Part shown: piece by piece, positions 36,331 through 48,900 of the stretch
Position numbering within the stretch: position 1 is the first letter of the stretch
How the letters are laid out: the number at the start of each line of letters is the position of its first letter
Assembly (NCBI RefSeq): GCF_006345805.1
Contig: NC_043010.1
Coordinates: forward strand, 43,648,001 to 43,712,000
DNA length: 64,000 nucleotides
Direction of reading: 5' to 3'
Source: Octopus sinensis
Lineage: Eukaryota
Notes under the pieces: model-generated
Seen by the model: the letters and a program-made list of their open reading frames with translations, nothing else
The model's database searches: none
What the model was told of the DNA's origin: nothing
Made by a program: the position numbers and the translations under genes

Positions 36331-38129
36331 AGCCAGGATGAAAGATGAAAATAAGCAAACATTAGTGCCAATGGTGATTTTCCAGCATGACCACAGTCTC
36401 TGGCTGAAACTGATAAAAGAATAATTGAATAGTACATGTACATAACCAATGTGATCTCAACTCAGTTGCTTTACTTTCATTCAATTTCCCTCAACTTCAA
36501 TTGACAATTTCAGTAAATAATTAGGTGTTTTCATTAACATTAAATAACTTTCTTGTAAATTCTCCTTCGAAATTGCCATACTTTTAGTAATATTCCATCC
36601 ATCCATCCATCTTCTCCATCCACTATTCCTAGGAGGGTCATGAAGCTAGAGTTCTCAAGCACCACCTCCATAGAATCCTATCTGAAGCAGCTGTCATTAC
36701 ACTTTCCAGCTGGATTCCCAAGCATGACCCACTGAAACTGGATATTATCTGACCATCTGATTTTAGGTCTCCTACTGGTTAGCTTGACTTGAAAAATTTG
36801 TCTTGTGATTCTTTCCTGCAACATTCTAACCACATTCTTAGTACCAAAGCTCTAACCTCTCAATGCAGAGAAGTAACATTTTAACCTAGAGAGATTCCCT
36901 GGTCTCTGAGCTATGGACCATCATCAATATCCATTTTCCATACTTGCATGGGTTAAATGATTTGACAGGATCTGGCAAGCCGTAGTACTGCATCAAGCTC
37001 TAGTGTCAGCTCTGGCATGTTTTTTATGGCTGAATGCCATAAACACATGTCACCTTGTAATGTGTACTAGATGCCTTATTCATGTTACTGGTACGAGTGA
37101 GGTTGCCAAGTAACTTGCAAGATAGAAAGAGAATGAAAAAGGGGTAAAAGGAAAAGGCACCAAGGTACTTTATGTCAGGTGCTGAGAGGTTGAAATCTAA
37201 TAGAGAACAAGCACAGGTGTTTTACTATACAGGAGAGACATGGCTACTCCACATTATAAGGGAGAGTAGTAGTAGCTGGGAAGATGAAGTTAAAAAAGAA
37301 AGATGGTAGTGATGGGGTACCACAGCAAATTCTCGAGGGATATGGAGTGGGGGTTATTTTCATAAGAATGTGAGGGGAAAGAAGGAGGTAGAGGTGAAAG
37401 TATTGAGTGAAGAGCAAGAGTGGAGATGCTATTGTTGGGAAATATCTATATGGATACAGGGTAAGGTGAGAGATAACAGTGGTTCAGGAGGAGGATAGAT
37501 CAGAAGGTAGGGGGTTGATGTGCAAGGTGTAGGAGCAGCAGAGACAGAGAAATGTGGGAATACATAAGGATATCTGTAGTGGGTGGAGCATGATGGTGGA
37601 TATGGGTGGGTATTGAGAATGGTAGCAGATATGTGATAATACATCACATATCTGCTATCATGAAGTATGGCAGAGGAGAGAGATATCTGAAGGGATAGAA
37701 GGTGATCAGTGAAAATAGTTATGGAGATGTACTCGCATAGCAAGTGATTTGATCTGAGATCGTGTGCTGGAATGAAAGCAATTGCAGCGTGGAAGGTGTT
37801 TGTAAGCCATTTAAGAAACACACAAAAGCCATTTGATTCACTTCAACATTTAAGTTTAATTTGTCAAAATATTTTCGTCGCTAAAATCTGCGACCTGTTC
37901 ACTGACAAAAATCCATGAAAAGAGTGTAGAAAGGAAAGGATGGATAATGAAAATAAGGGATGGCAGGTTCCAGTGGGAGGGGAAAGTAAGTGAAAGTGCC
38001 AAGGATGATGGGGAAGTTATAAGTGCCATTTCTGCTCTCAAATGATTCCAACATGAAGTGATGCCGTGGATAGAAGCATGACAGAGCACTGAGTGTTAGG
38101 GGAATGGGGTGTGAAGGAATGTTTGACAG

Positions 38130-38800
38130 TGCAGAATGGGCTACAAGCCTACAAAGAATACTTTTAGGGCATCATTTTTGCTGTGATGGCCAAGTCTTCT
38201 TGAACTCAATTGCCATCATCACAGTCCTTTGTCATCTCACATCACCCTGGGCCTACTTCATCCCACATCACCCTGAGCCTCCCTCTTCCAGAGGTTTCAG
38301 CCACTTTAAGGAACTGGCACTTTATGTGACTGTCCTCATATGCATCATATGACCAAACTAGCACAGTCTTCTCTCTTGCACACTACATCTGCCTAATTTT
38401 TCTCCCAATACTTTAGCACTTTGTTGTGCATGCACATTGATATTGTCCATCAAATGGATCTTACTAGTTTCATTCCTCTCATGACTTTCCTTGTCCTTTG
38501 CATTCATGGCATGACTCACTACCATGTAGCATTATTGTTCATACACAAGCATCATATAATCTGCCTTCCACTCAGAGAGACATTTTGTAGTAGCCAACTG
38601 AGGTAATAGCTCCCTGAACTTCCACCCTATTCTTGTTCTAGCAACTATGCTTTCAGAACATTCTCTTCCACTGCTAATTAAGTCGCCTAGATAACTGAAA
38701 CTACTACCTCTAGGGAGCCTCCAGGACATTCAAGAAAATTTACTAGAGTTTAATGCTCCTGCACCTCTACATACAAAACTACTTTCTCGATTAACCTTCC
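38130..38800 (-). mobile_element. Decayed RTE LINE fragment
   Basis: YLGDLISSG..SESIVARTRIGW.KFRELLP motif, plus similarity to the 28.2-28.6 kb copy. Confidence 0.75.
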
Positions 38801-38856
38801 TATGGCAAGTATTTTTCTTTCCTTTAAAAATCAGTACGAACTTTCCGGACAACCCA

Positions 38857-38901
<45 letters not shown>

Positions 38902-39725
38902 TTTATACATAAATGTGTGTGTATGTATATATATATTCACACACACATATCCATGTCAAAATAAAAAGCTCAAAAGTCCTTCATGAGATAGAGGCTCATA
39001 AGGCTAGTTTCCAGATTTGGTGTGTATATTCCCCATCCTTCTACATGTATATATATGTATAGACAAATGATAGAAAATGGAATTAACAACATTCTTCTTT
39101 TAAAATCATTACAGTTGTTTAGACGTATGTGCAATCATTATATTATAGCCAATGCTCGTCCTCAGGTGATTGTTTAAATAACTTTGTTAGATTCTCTCAC
39201 CATTTTACTCAGTGTTATAATGCATACAAAATGTGATGTGTCTTCCCAGCAGTTTACTGACAAAACTAAAACCATAGATATAGTGACAGACAATATACAA
39301 TTATAATCATAATACAAAATACATAAATTTAAAAATAGACAAAAGAAGAGAAAAAGGTCAAGTTGACTATAAATTACGATTTTCTCTAAATGGTCAGGTT
39401 ATAAGGAAGAAAGTTCTAAACAGACTAAAGAATAAAATAAAGTGATAAGGAGATTAAGACTGACTATTTCAGTACTTTTCAACTGCTTCCTTGTCTTTTT
39501 TAAGAAATTCTCCTTTCTAATGCATCTGGTGTCACCAGATTGTCAATCTCACTTTAACAACACCTTATGACCTATCTTGACCAACAGCAGCCCAGTTTCT
39601 GTCTGCTATCTTGGAGTTCCTGTATTTCTCCATTCAATTATCTGGTTCTGAAGAAGCCAAGTTTCTGTAAGAAGTCTATGAAACTTTAAGTTGCATGGAG
39701 CCAAATCAATCTTGAATAATAATAA

Positions 39726-40052
39726 GAGCACTCAGAGAGCGCAAACCTCTGCCAAGGTAACACCAACGTCCTCTCAAAGATTATATTTAAAATGAGAATA
39801 TCTGAACTATATTCAACTGCTCTCACAAACGAGAATACTAAAATTGAACCTGACTGCTTTCAAAAATTAAGTGAAAAAACAGGAAAAATAATCCAGAATC
39901 TTTGTCTGGTACCTGATCAATCCCAATGGTAGTCATTGAATGTGAAGGTGGCTATAGAAAGTTTAGTAACTGTATTAAATAGTTTATCCTTATCTAATAT
40001 AAGCCAAAGTTAACAAATTCCCCATTCAATATAGTTTCAAAGGCAGAGGTAA
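39726..40052 (-). mobile_element. HINE-like (Helentron-associated) non-autonomous element
   Basis: Inverted repeats acctctgcc (39745) and ggcagaggt (40042-40050), with one copy subterminal and next to a short stem-loop gcactcagagagcgc. Both flanks are (AAT)n. A partial second copy lies at ~40835-40980. Confidence 0.6.
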
Positions 40053-40225
40053 TAATAATAATAAGTTCTACTCGGGAATTTTTAAATGAATAGCATGAGA
40101 CCTTTTGGTTTTCTCTTCTCTTAAATTCTGACCTTCCTTTAGTATTCCTGTTGTTTTAGATTGATATATAGATGTATGTATATATGTAAGTATACTGTAA
40201 AGTGTTAATATGTATGTATAATATA

Positions 40226-40624
40226 TCTTTATATATAAAAGTGAAGTTGTGTGAGTGTCTGTCTCCTACGATTTAGATTCCTAACTACTCCCACATTTTG
40301 CAGTGCAGTTTAACCAAAACCGGGTATCTTATAATCGTGATTCATATCGAGCCCTTCTAGGTATTAGCGCATGTCTACGATGAGTCTACGATTTAAAAAA
40401 AAATTTACCATCATTTTTTCCCATTTTTAATGCATTTTTTTGCTATTATATAAGGGAAGTAACTCTCTAAAAATGTATTTTTAAATCTCAGAACGTAAAA
40501 AGCTACAGTAACACCCCCCTTTGTAGTTAGCCATATTGAGATGGTTATTATACTTTACATCTCTAAAAATGCTTATATAGTTATTTCCCTTACAAACCCG
40601 AGCAACGCCGGGCGATACTGCTAG
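40226..40624 (+). mobile_element. Non-autonomous Helitron
   Basis: A|TCTTTATATATAAAA ... cccgagcaacgccggg hairpin ... CTAG|T. Confidence 0.9.
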
Positions 40625-41222
40625 TATATTATAAAAATATGTTAGTGTTATTTAATTACTGAACTGTTTTGCTGCTGTTTGTTCATGTAGTTTAATTTCT
40701 TTATCCATCAGTTTCTACTAAGATGGAGATACAAGTAAAATTAATAATAGAGAAACGAAAATAAAACTTTGGAAACAGCCTGAAGGGTGATAATTGAGAA
40801 AGACTTGAAAGTCAACATAAGATTGTAATCATATAAAGTAAATATAACAAATAATCCGGAATCCTTGTCTGGTACCAGATCGATCCCAAAATATAATCAG
40901 TTTGTGCCAGTCACGAGGCCAAACATCCCTGAAAGTTTCATCCAAATCCATCCAGCTTCGCTAAGGCAGAGGTAATAATAATAATAATGTATGTGTGTGT
41001 ATATATGTATGCATATATGATGCTGGTACCACATAAAAAGCACCCAGTACACTCTGTAAAGTCTTTGGCATTAGGAACGGCATCCAGCTAAAGAAACTAA
41101 GCCAAAACAGACTATAGAACCTAGTGCGGCATCTGGCCTTGTCAGCTCTTGTCAAGCCATCCAACCCATGCCAGCATGGAAAACAGACATTAAATGATGA
41201 TGATGATATACATATATATATA

Positions 41223-42449
41223 TCAGGTCATCCCATAAATAATGTCTGAAATACATATGTAATTTCTATCAAATTTTACAGTACATTAAAATGTCAAATC
41301 ATATTAATTGAAACTCATATGAATTTGGAAACCTTTAGCTTAATATTTCTTTTTACAAAATAAACTAACCGAAGTAATTACTAATATTAATTCCTCAAAG
41401 ATGGATGTATTGAAGGAGCATTTAAGGCACATTTATGCTTTGTGGGTTCAATAAGGGAAACAGTGCAGCAGAAGCAACCCAAAATATCCATTCTGTTTGT
41501 GGGTAAGAGTGCTTGAATGAAAGAAGTTGCAGAAGATGGTTTGCAAAGTTCAAAAATAGTGATTTCAGTCAAAGAGAGAGGCCACGAACAGGACAGCCTG
41601 TTGAATTTGACCATTAGCTTCTTTTGTCACAGCTTGAGAAGGATAATGCTGTGTCAGTTAAAGAATTGGCAAGCAAGCTCAATTCAAGCCATTCAACTAT
41701 TCACTGCCATCTTCAACAGCTTGAAATGGTGCCCAAACTTAGAAAATGGGTTCCCCATGATTTGACAGATGCCAACCGAAAATCACAAGTGGATATTTGC
41801 TCATCTCTTCACTCTCATGAATGTATGACATCATTTTTGAACAGATTAGTGACTGATGATGAAAAATGGATTTTTTATGAAAATGTTAAACAACGCAGGC
41901 AATAGAGAACAGGCTAAACCACAACCCAAAAGGGACCTCCATGCAAAACAAGGTTCTTCTTTCTGTTTGGTGAAATTGCATTGGAGTGATCCACTTTAAG
42001 CTGCTACCAACTAAAAAAAAACAATTAATACTCACACCTATTGCCAACAATTAGAGCATTTGGATGCTGCTTTGAAAGAAGAAAAAGGCCTACTTTGGTG
42101 AATCGTAAGGGATTGGTGTTTCATCATGATAATACAAGGCCCTACACTGCAAAGATTATATCAGAAAAGATCAAAGAATTTGACTGGGAAAAAATTCTTC
42201 ACACACCTTATTACCCAAACCTCACTCCTGATTACCACTTGTTACAGAATCATTTAGCTGGATTAGTACTCAAAAGTCCCAAAGAGGTCAAAATTGACTT
42301 CTCTTCTCATCAAAATCAAAAGAGTTTTTCACCTATGAAATTTTAAAAACTGATGAGTAGATGGAAAGAAGTCATCCATAATGATGGGAATTATAAACAG
42401 GATTAAATTTTAATAAAACGTAAAAGTAGATCACTTTTTTCCTTACCCC

Positions 42450-42450
<1 letters not shown>
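41223..42450 (+). mobile_element. Degenerate mariner element
   Basis: MDVLKEHLRH, LRKWVPHDLT, RLVTDDEKWIFYENVK and FHHDNTRP motifs over multiple frameshifts. The left end resembles the TIR of the 60393 element; the right end does not match it. Confidence 0.85.
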
Positions 42451-42500
<50 letters not shown>

Positions 42501-43089
42501 TGCTGTATGGTAAGAAGTTTGCTTCCCAACCACCTAGTTCCAGGTTCAGTCCTACTGTGTGACACCTTGGGCATATATGTCTTCAACTATAGCCTCAGGC
42601 CAGCCAAAGCCTTGTTTGTGGATTTGGTAGAGGGAAACTGAAAGAAGGCCATCATATATATGTGTGTGTGTGTGTCTTTGTGTCTGTGTTGTCCCCCACC
42701 AAAACTTGACAACTGGTGTTTGTCAGTTTACATCCCCATAACTTAGCAGTTCAGCAAGAGACCAATAAAATAAGTACTGGGTTTGATTCATTCAACTAAA
42801 ATTCTTAAGGGTGGTGCCCCAGCATATCCACAGTCTAATGACTGAAACAAGTAAAGGATAAAAGATGTGTATGTGTGTGTGTGTATATATATATATGTAT
42901 GTATACATGTATGTGTGTGTGTGTATTTATATATATATATATATGCACACACACAAACACATATATATCACAGTATCAACCACACATGAGATGCTGTTAT
43001 ACACTGCTAGTCGCACTGCACTTCCAATTGTCTTGATTGCACCAATCTTTTCCATCTTGACCCAAATCACTTAACTAAATCATCTTCCC

Positions 43090-44040
43090 AGCATTGTAGA
43101 GGCCTTTCAAGTGGCCTTTTCTGAACTCTTGGGTACCATTTGGCCACTGCACTGATCCATATTTTGTCTGTGAACCTTGCAACATGTCCGACCCAGTAGA
43201 ACTTGTGTTTTCAGTACTCTGCAATCACATCATTCACTCCACTCCATTCTTTAATTATCTCATTTTGAATATATTCTCATAATGATATTTTTAGCATGAA
43301 TCTTTTTATGACCCTTTGCATCTTAGTCAATCAATGTTCTATACTCTTCATAGTAGCCCATGGCTCAGTTTAAAAGCGTAGGTAGAATGATGCTATTGAA
43401 GAGTCTGATATGCATGGTATTGTCTAGCTTTGTTTTGAGCATATCCTTTATTGAGTTAAATGCCTTCCATCCTGCCTTTATTCTCAGCACATATTCACTG
43501 TGTGCCCTATGTTGACATACTCCTTTACCTCATTAATTTCATTGCTTCCCACCTCTAATCAGCCTTTTGCTACATCTTCCGACAGCATATATTTTGTATT
43601 CATGCAGTTCATTTTAAGACCTACTACTAAGTTCTGAGTGTTCAACTCTGTCAGCATGATCTGCATCTAGTCTGTGATTTCAGTAATGAGTACAATGTCA
43701 TCTGTGACTTGGAGGTGTGTTGTTTGCCACTGATGGCAAACATCACCTGTCCAGTCCATGTCCTTGATGACCATTTCTAAACATGCGGTAAAAAGCTTTA
43801 GAGAGATGATTTCTCCTTGCTTGACACACTTCTCAATTGGGGCCCTTATTGGTGATGATATCAGAGTTATTGTTGTTCTGCATTTACAGTTCACATCTCT
43901 AAGTAGTTTGATGTATTGCACCTCAACAACTTGCATTTCCAGGGATTTCAATACTGTGTTTGAAGGCCTTTTTGTTATCAACAAAAGTGATACAGAGGAA
44001 GCTAGTATTCATTCACTCATTCTATGAGCTGTATTAGAAT
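43090..44040 (-). mobile_element. Decayed RTE/BovB-like LINE RT fragment
   Basis: VKQGEIISLKLFTACLE and HL..(A/T)DDIVL RT motifs in ORF 43667..43984 and adjoining frames. Confidence 0.75.
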
Positions 44041-44728
44041 GAATATGTGATCTATCATACTCTAGTTCTTATGAAAATTTGCTTCCTCTCTCAGCTGTTG
44101 GTTATTTTGCTGTCTATTCAGGTTCTGATGTTGTAAACAGCCAGCGGGCTAATTAATATAAAGGTAAATAACACAGTATCCTGTGTTCTAATATAACGTC
44201 CACATCAAGTAGGATATAAAAATTTCCTTTTAGTATTAATACTGCTTTTGTCGCCATTAATAATGTAGTGCTCTAACAATGTCCATGTTAAGTTGGATAT
44301 AACGGTTGCCTCTTGATATTAATACTGCTTCTCTTGCTGAAATTCTGTATACTGTTGACAGGGAGATACAGCTGTTATGTTGCTTCCAGATGTCTGCCAC
44401 TGAAGAGCCCAGGCAGGGCAAAATCACGTGGTCTGGCAGCTCCAGCAGCCATAACAGATGGCTCTCATATGTCAGTGACATAAATACAAGTGCTTTTATG
44501 CAATATGAGTCCTTATAACAAGTCCTCTCAAGGTAAATGATGCAGTATTCTGGGTTCTAACACAACATCCATGTTAAGTTGGATATAAAGATTGCCTTTT
44601 GGTATTAATACTGCTTCTCTTGCTATTATATGTGCACGTGTATATACATGTATATGTGTGCATATGCATACATGTATATATATATATATATATATCTGTA
44701 TATGTATATATATATAAATATATATATA

Positions 44729-45370
44729 CTAGCAGTATAGCCCAGCGTTGCTTGGGTTTGTTTTTTAGTTGGTTTTGAGCAAACGACGGTTCAGGTGATC
44801 TAATGCAGAGGAGTAATGTTCTGTCTTATGCTAATGCAATTAGTTTTTCTCACAAAAACTCAATTGAAATTGCTGAATTGTACTCAACGCTGTAACAGTT
44901 GACGACCTTGAAAATTAGTGCATTCATGCACCAAACATTACTCCTCTGCATAGGATCAGCTGATCCGTTGTTCGCTCAAAACGAATGACATCACAAAAAA
45001 ATTCTTTTTGACCCTTTAGAATTGGAATTTTTGGAAAGTAAAAATTGTGCATTATGTAGCTTGTTATTCTCTTTAAGTGAACATTTTTCTGGTTGAAATA
45101 CACCATGAGATGGCAACACAGCAGTAAAAAAATTGTAAAAAAAATAAGGATTTTCATAGAAAAAATGCACCTTTTTGGTGTAAATAATTTTTGGTCTTAA
45201 CATGGTCCGATTTGAATTTTTTCTTCTACAGAATGAAGAGCAAGCCTTCTATCATACTCTCAATTTTAGTCAACTTGCGCCACAGGGTCTCGGAGGAGAT
45301 AGTGTTAGTTGAAGGCTACCAAACCTGCCACACACAGAGACACAGACAACTTAAGCTTTATATATATAGA
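44729..45370 (-). mobile_element. Non-autonomous Helitron with the same 3' end and a different interior, set in (TA)n
   Basis: ctagcagtatagcccagcgttgcttggg at the left end and a TC/TATA 5' end at the right. Confidence 0.75.
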
Positions 45371-45748
45371 TATATAGATATACACATATGCACATATACA
45401 TATACACATACATTTATACATACACACACACACATATATATATATATATCTGTGTATATGTACCATCATTTACACACACACACACACACAAGGTGTTTGG
45501 TTAAATTAGAAAAAGTGTTTATGATGTCAAGGAAAGTTCTTTATGCATAAATTCTTCTTGTTTTAGGCTGGTTCAAGTTTGAATAACACTCTTATCATTA
45601 ACTAGCTTCACCTATTTTATTTACTTAACAAAGTAACAGTCACAATTCTTGTTGAACTTTATACTTACTGCTCATGATGAGAATCAAATTAATCACTGCC
45701 CCAGGATCCAGTTTATTATCTACCTATGTCAATGACATTATGCTGGAT

Positions 45749-45988
45749 CAGTGATTCTCAACCACTTTTTACCTACGAACACCCTTTTTAACTTCCTGTT
45801 TTATTTCAGTGGACCCCCACAACCATTCAAGGATTTTTTAAAATCCTATTATATTTTTATAATGAAATATTATTAGGAAACATATAAAAAATTGTTAAAA
45901 TATTTTGTATATTGTAGAAGTATAACCAGTTTATTGCACATAAATTTTACCAACAAAATCTTATGTGGACCCCAGTTGAGAGCCACTG
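45749..45988. mobile_element. hAT/Charlie-type MITE
   Basis: TIRs cagtgattctcaacc ... agttgagagccactg and an 8-bp TSD tgctggat / tgctagat (7/8 match). Confidence 0.85.
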
Positions 45989-48900
45989 TGCTAGATGATT
46001 TTATTACCTAATTTACATCTGTATAATTAGCTGAAATCAAATTTTGTGTTTTGAATCCACTAATAAAATTGCATTTTAATATTGATTTCAATCTTGTCTG
46101 GATGGCAACAGCATTAATATACAGAATTGATATAACTGAATATTAACCATACATTTCGATTTAAATAATTTGGCACTGTTTACAACTACAGTAAAACAGT
46201 TTTTTGTTTTTAAAATATACAGACAACTGAATCTGTACATTTATCATAACACAATTTATTCATAACACAATTGTTCTTGTTAAAATAAACAAAATTACAT
46301 AGACTATCCAAGTCCAGAATTAAACATTATTTTAGAACTTTTTTCATGATGAATCTACGCTTTATGTATTATGGCTTATAACGAACTATAATAAGATTTA
46401 AATAATCTGGAAATACCCATTGCCTCAATTTCAAAACTTAGCTGTAGTGATTTTGAATAGAGACTGGTTGTTGATAAGCAAATGTGCCCAGCATCTTCCA
46501 GAAATAATATTTCCAAAGCTGTGATAATGATATGCAAATTTGGGTCCAAAAAAATTTTTTAAACAAGAAGTCTGATTCATTTTGATTTTGGTACTAAAAA
46601 TATGGCTCTTGTGCACATGCAGAGAAATTATCCTTAAAGCTAACTCCAAATTTTATCCTAACAACCATAAACTCTTAACACTAATCCCTAACCTGACCAA
46701 ACCCCTACCCACAAGTAACCAAATCTAACCAATTTCATAAATTGTGACAAAGATTTTATTGAATGTATCGAACCATCTATTTGTTTTGAAAATTTTGTTT
46801 TAGACCTTAAAATGCAGGATCTCAATGATGTGTCCTTTATATATATATATATATATATACACTTATAACAGTAGGTTTTGATATGTGGGAAATTTGTCTG
46901 GTGTTTCTAGCAAGTTAAATGACTGTATAGAAACTCCCTTGGAGAGGTGTTTTACACCATTCACTCAGAGTATGAGTTCAAAGCTCAAAAAAGGCATTTT
47001 TTGCTCCCCTTCAGTCATTATATAGCTGAAAAAATAGGTATCATTTTGATATTATTGGTGAATTGTTATCATCAGGAAAGCCTAACTTAGTTTTTTTTAT
47101 TGATGCATGCATTTATCCTTCCTTTCTGCTGCTAATCGTTCAACTAAAAAAGACAATGGTATTTGATTTTCAAATAGGCAACATGAGGTGAGCAGACTGT
47201 CTTTGTTGACTATTGGTTTTAAACTGATAACCATATGTTCAGTAGTCCAGAATTTTCAAATCACAACCACAGTACCTTTTTAATTTGGATATTAATTATT
47301 CTTTGTAAATATTTGGAAGACAATTTGGATTTGATTGTAGATTCTTATATTTGCATTCTATAATTTAGATTTAAGATGAATTATAATTTGAAGAAAGCAT
47401 ATGAAATGTTTCATATTTCACTGTTAAAATGACAGTGTAAATAGACACTGCAATAAGAACCAGTGCCATTATAACATTGAGTGTGCCATTTGGTATGGTC
47501 AAATGAGGTAAAACCCACTAAAATTATCACAGCAGAAGCCATTACTTTTGACAGTACCTAACCATTTAACTCTGCCTCCTACAAGCAACTACTATGTAGA
47601 AATAGAACCTGTTGTTAAACTAGACAAACTGAGACAAGTAGGAAAAAAGAAAAGAAAAACATTACCCGAGCTCCTTTTATTTTCTGAAGTACTTTTGGTT
47701 GGCACTGAGCAAACTTGTAACATAAGATACTTTGTCAAAATACGTAGGAGCAAACCTGCAGGTACAGCACACCAGATATGCCATGTTGATGCAATATTCA
47801 GTCTCTCAATTTGGATTTTGTTGTTTAACCTAGATCAGCTCCAATCAAACTTGTTCAGCTGCAACTGTTTTTGTCTTTTTGTTTTCAGAAATAACCTATT
47901 TTGGACGACTTTGCTAAATGTGTCCTTCCTATTTTTTAAGACAGTTGGGTGTGATTTAAGTGAAATTGGCTGTTATTTCTACCAAGTCAAGCAACCATGT
48001 TAGCTTTCATCAATATGGGTTCTTAAAGGGTTCCATTCATATGGTTTTCACTTATGATGGTTAGAATTTGTTGAGGAAATTTTAAGAATGTCACACAGCT
48101 ACATAAGAGTTCCTTCACTAGCGGTAAAGACAGTGTAGTAGATACAAGTAGTGAGTAAATGATGCAAATTGAGAGGTGGAGAGACTCTAGTAGAGACATG
48201 GACTTTTAAGGAGATATGAAAGACATTACTTTACAATGAACCAATAATGACAAATTAGAAATCATGCTTATTCAGTAGATATTGGGTTGTGGGGTTATGT
48301 TTGAATTAAGTATTGCTGTAGAGCTCTGTAGAAGGGAGGCAAGTACAGTTTGACAATGCAAAAACCCACTTTTTGATTCATCGACTACATATGTAGGAAA
48401 TTCTGTCTGGGTGTGTTTGTGGAGTTGTTAGCTAACGCCTCCTACATTGTTTTATTGATTTTGATGAAACTTGACATGTTAATAGAACTCTTGTCTGGAA
48501 ACCTCATGGAAAAAAAAAATCAATAATAGGGCTCCTGGAAGGGATCCTTATATATAGCCAAAGGAAATAACCCATTTATTTTTCCTAAATTATTTGGTAA
48601 AAATGAAATTGAATATGCTTATTTCTTAGTATTTGAACTTTTAGAGTTATTTTCGCAATTTACCCAGTACAACCCTTTAACAAGTAAATAATATTTTCCT
48701 AAACAATAGATCCACTTATTTCGGTTAGTGATTTATTCACGAATATACCAACGCTGGCACCCCTGAGGATAATATTCTCTGGGAATGCACAAAAGCCCTT
48801 TTCAGAGTTATTTACTTTGAATTATTATCTCATATCTGATTAGCCTGTTATTAAGTAATTAAGTAACATGTTTCACAATTTTAGTACGCGTACCTTATTA

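Noticed and set aside
47548-48003. 151-aa plus-strand ORF, and an open minus-strand frame ending in a donor at ~47665
   Set aside because: No recognisable domain, TTG start, 3' part runs into repeat-like sequence, and no phase-compatible partner exons were found.
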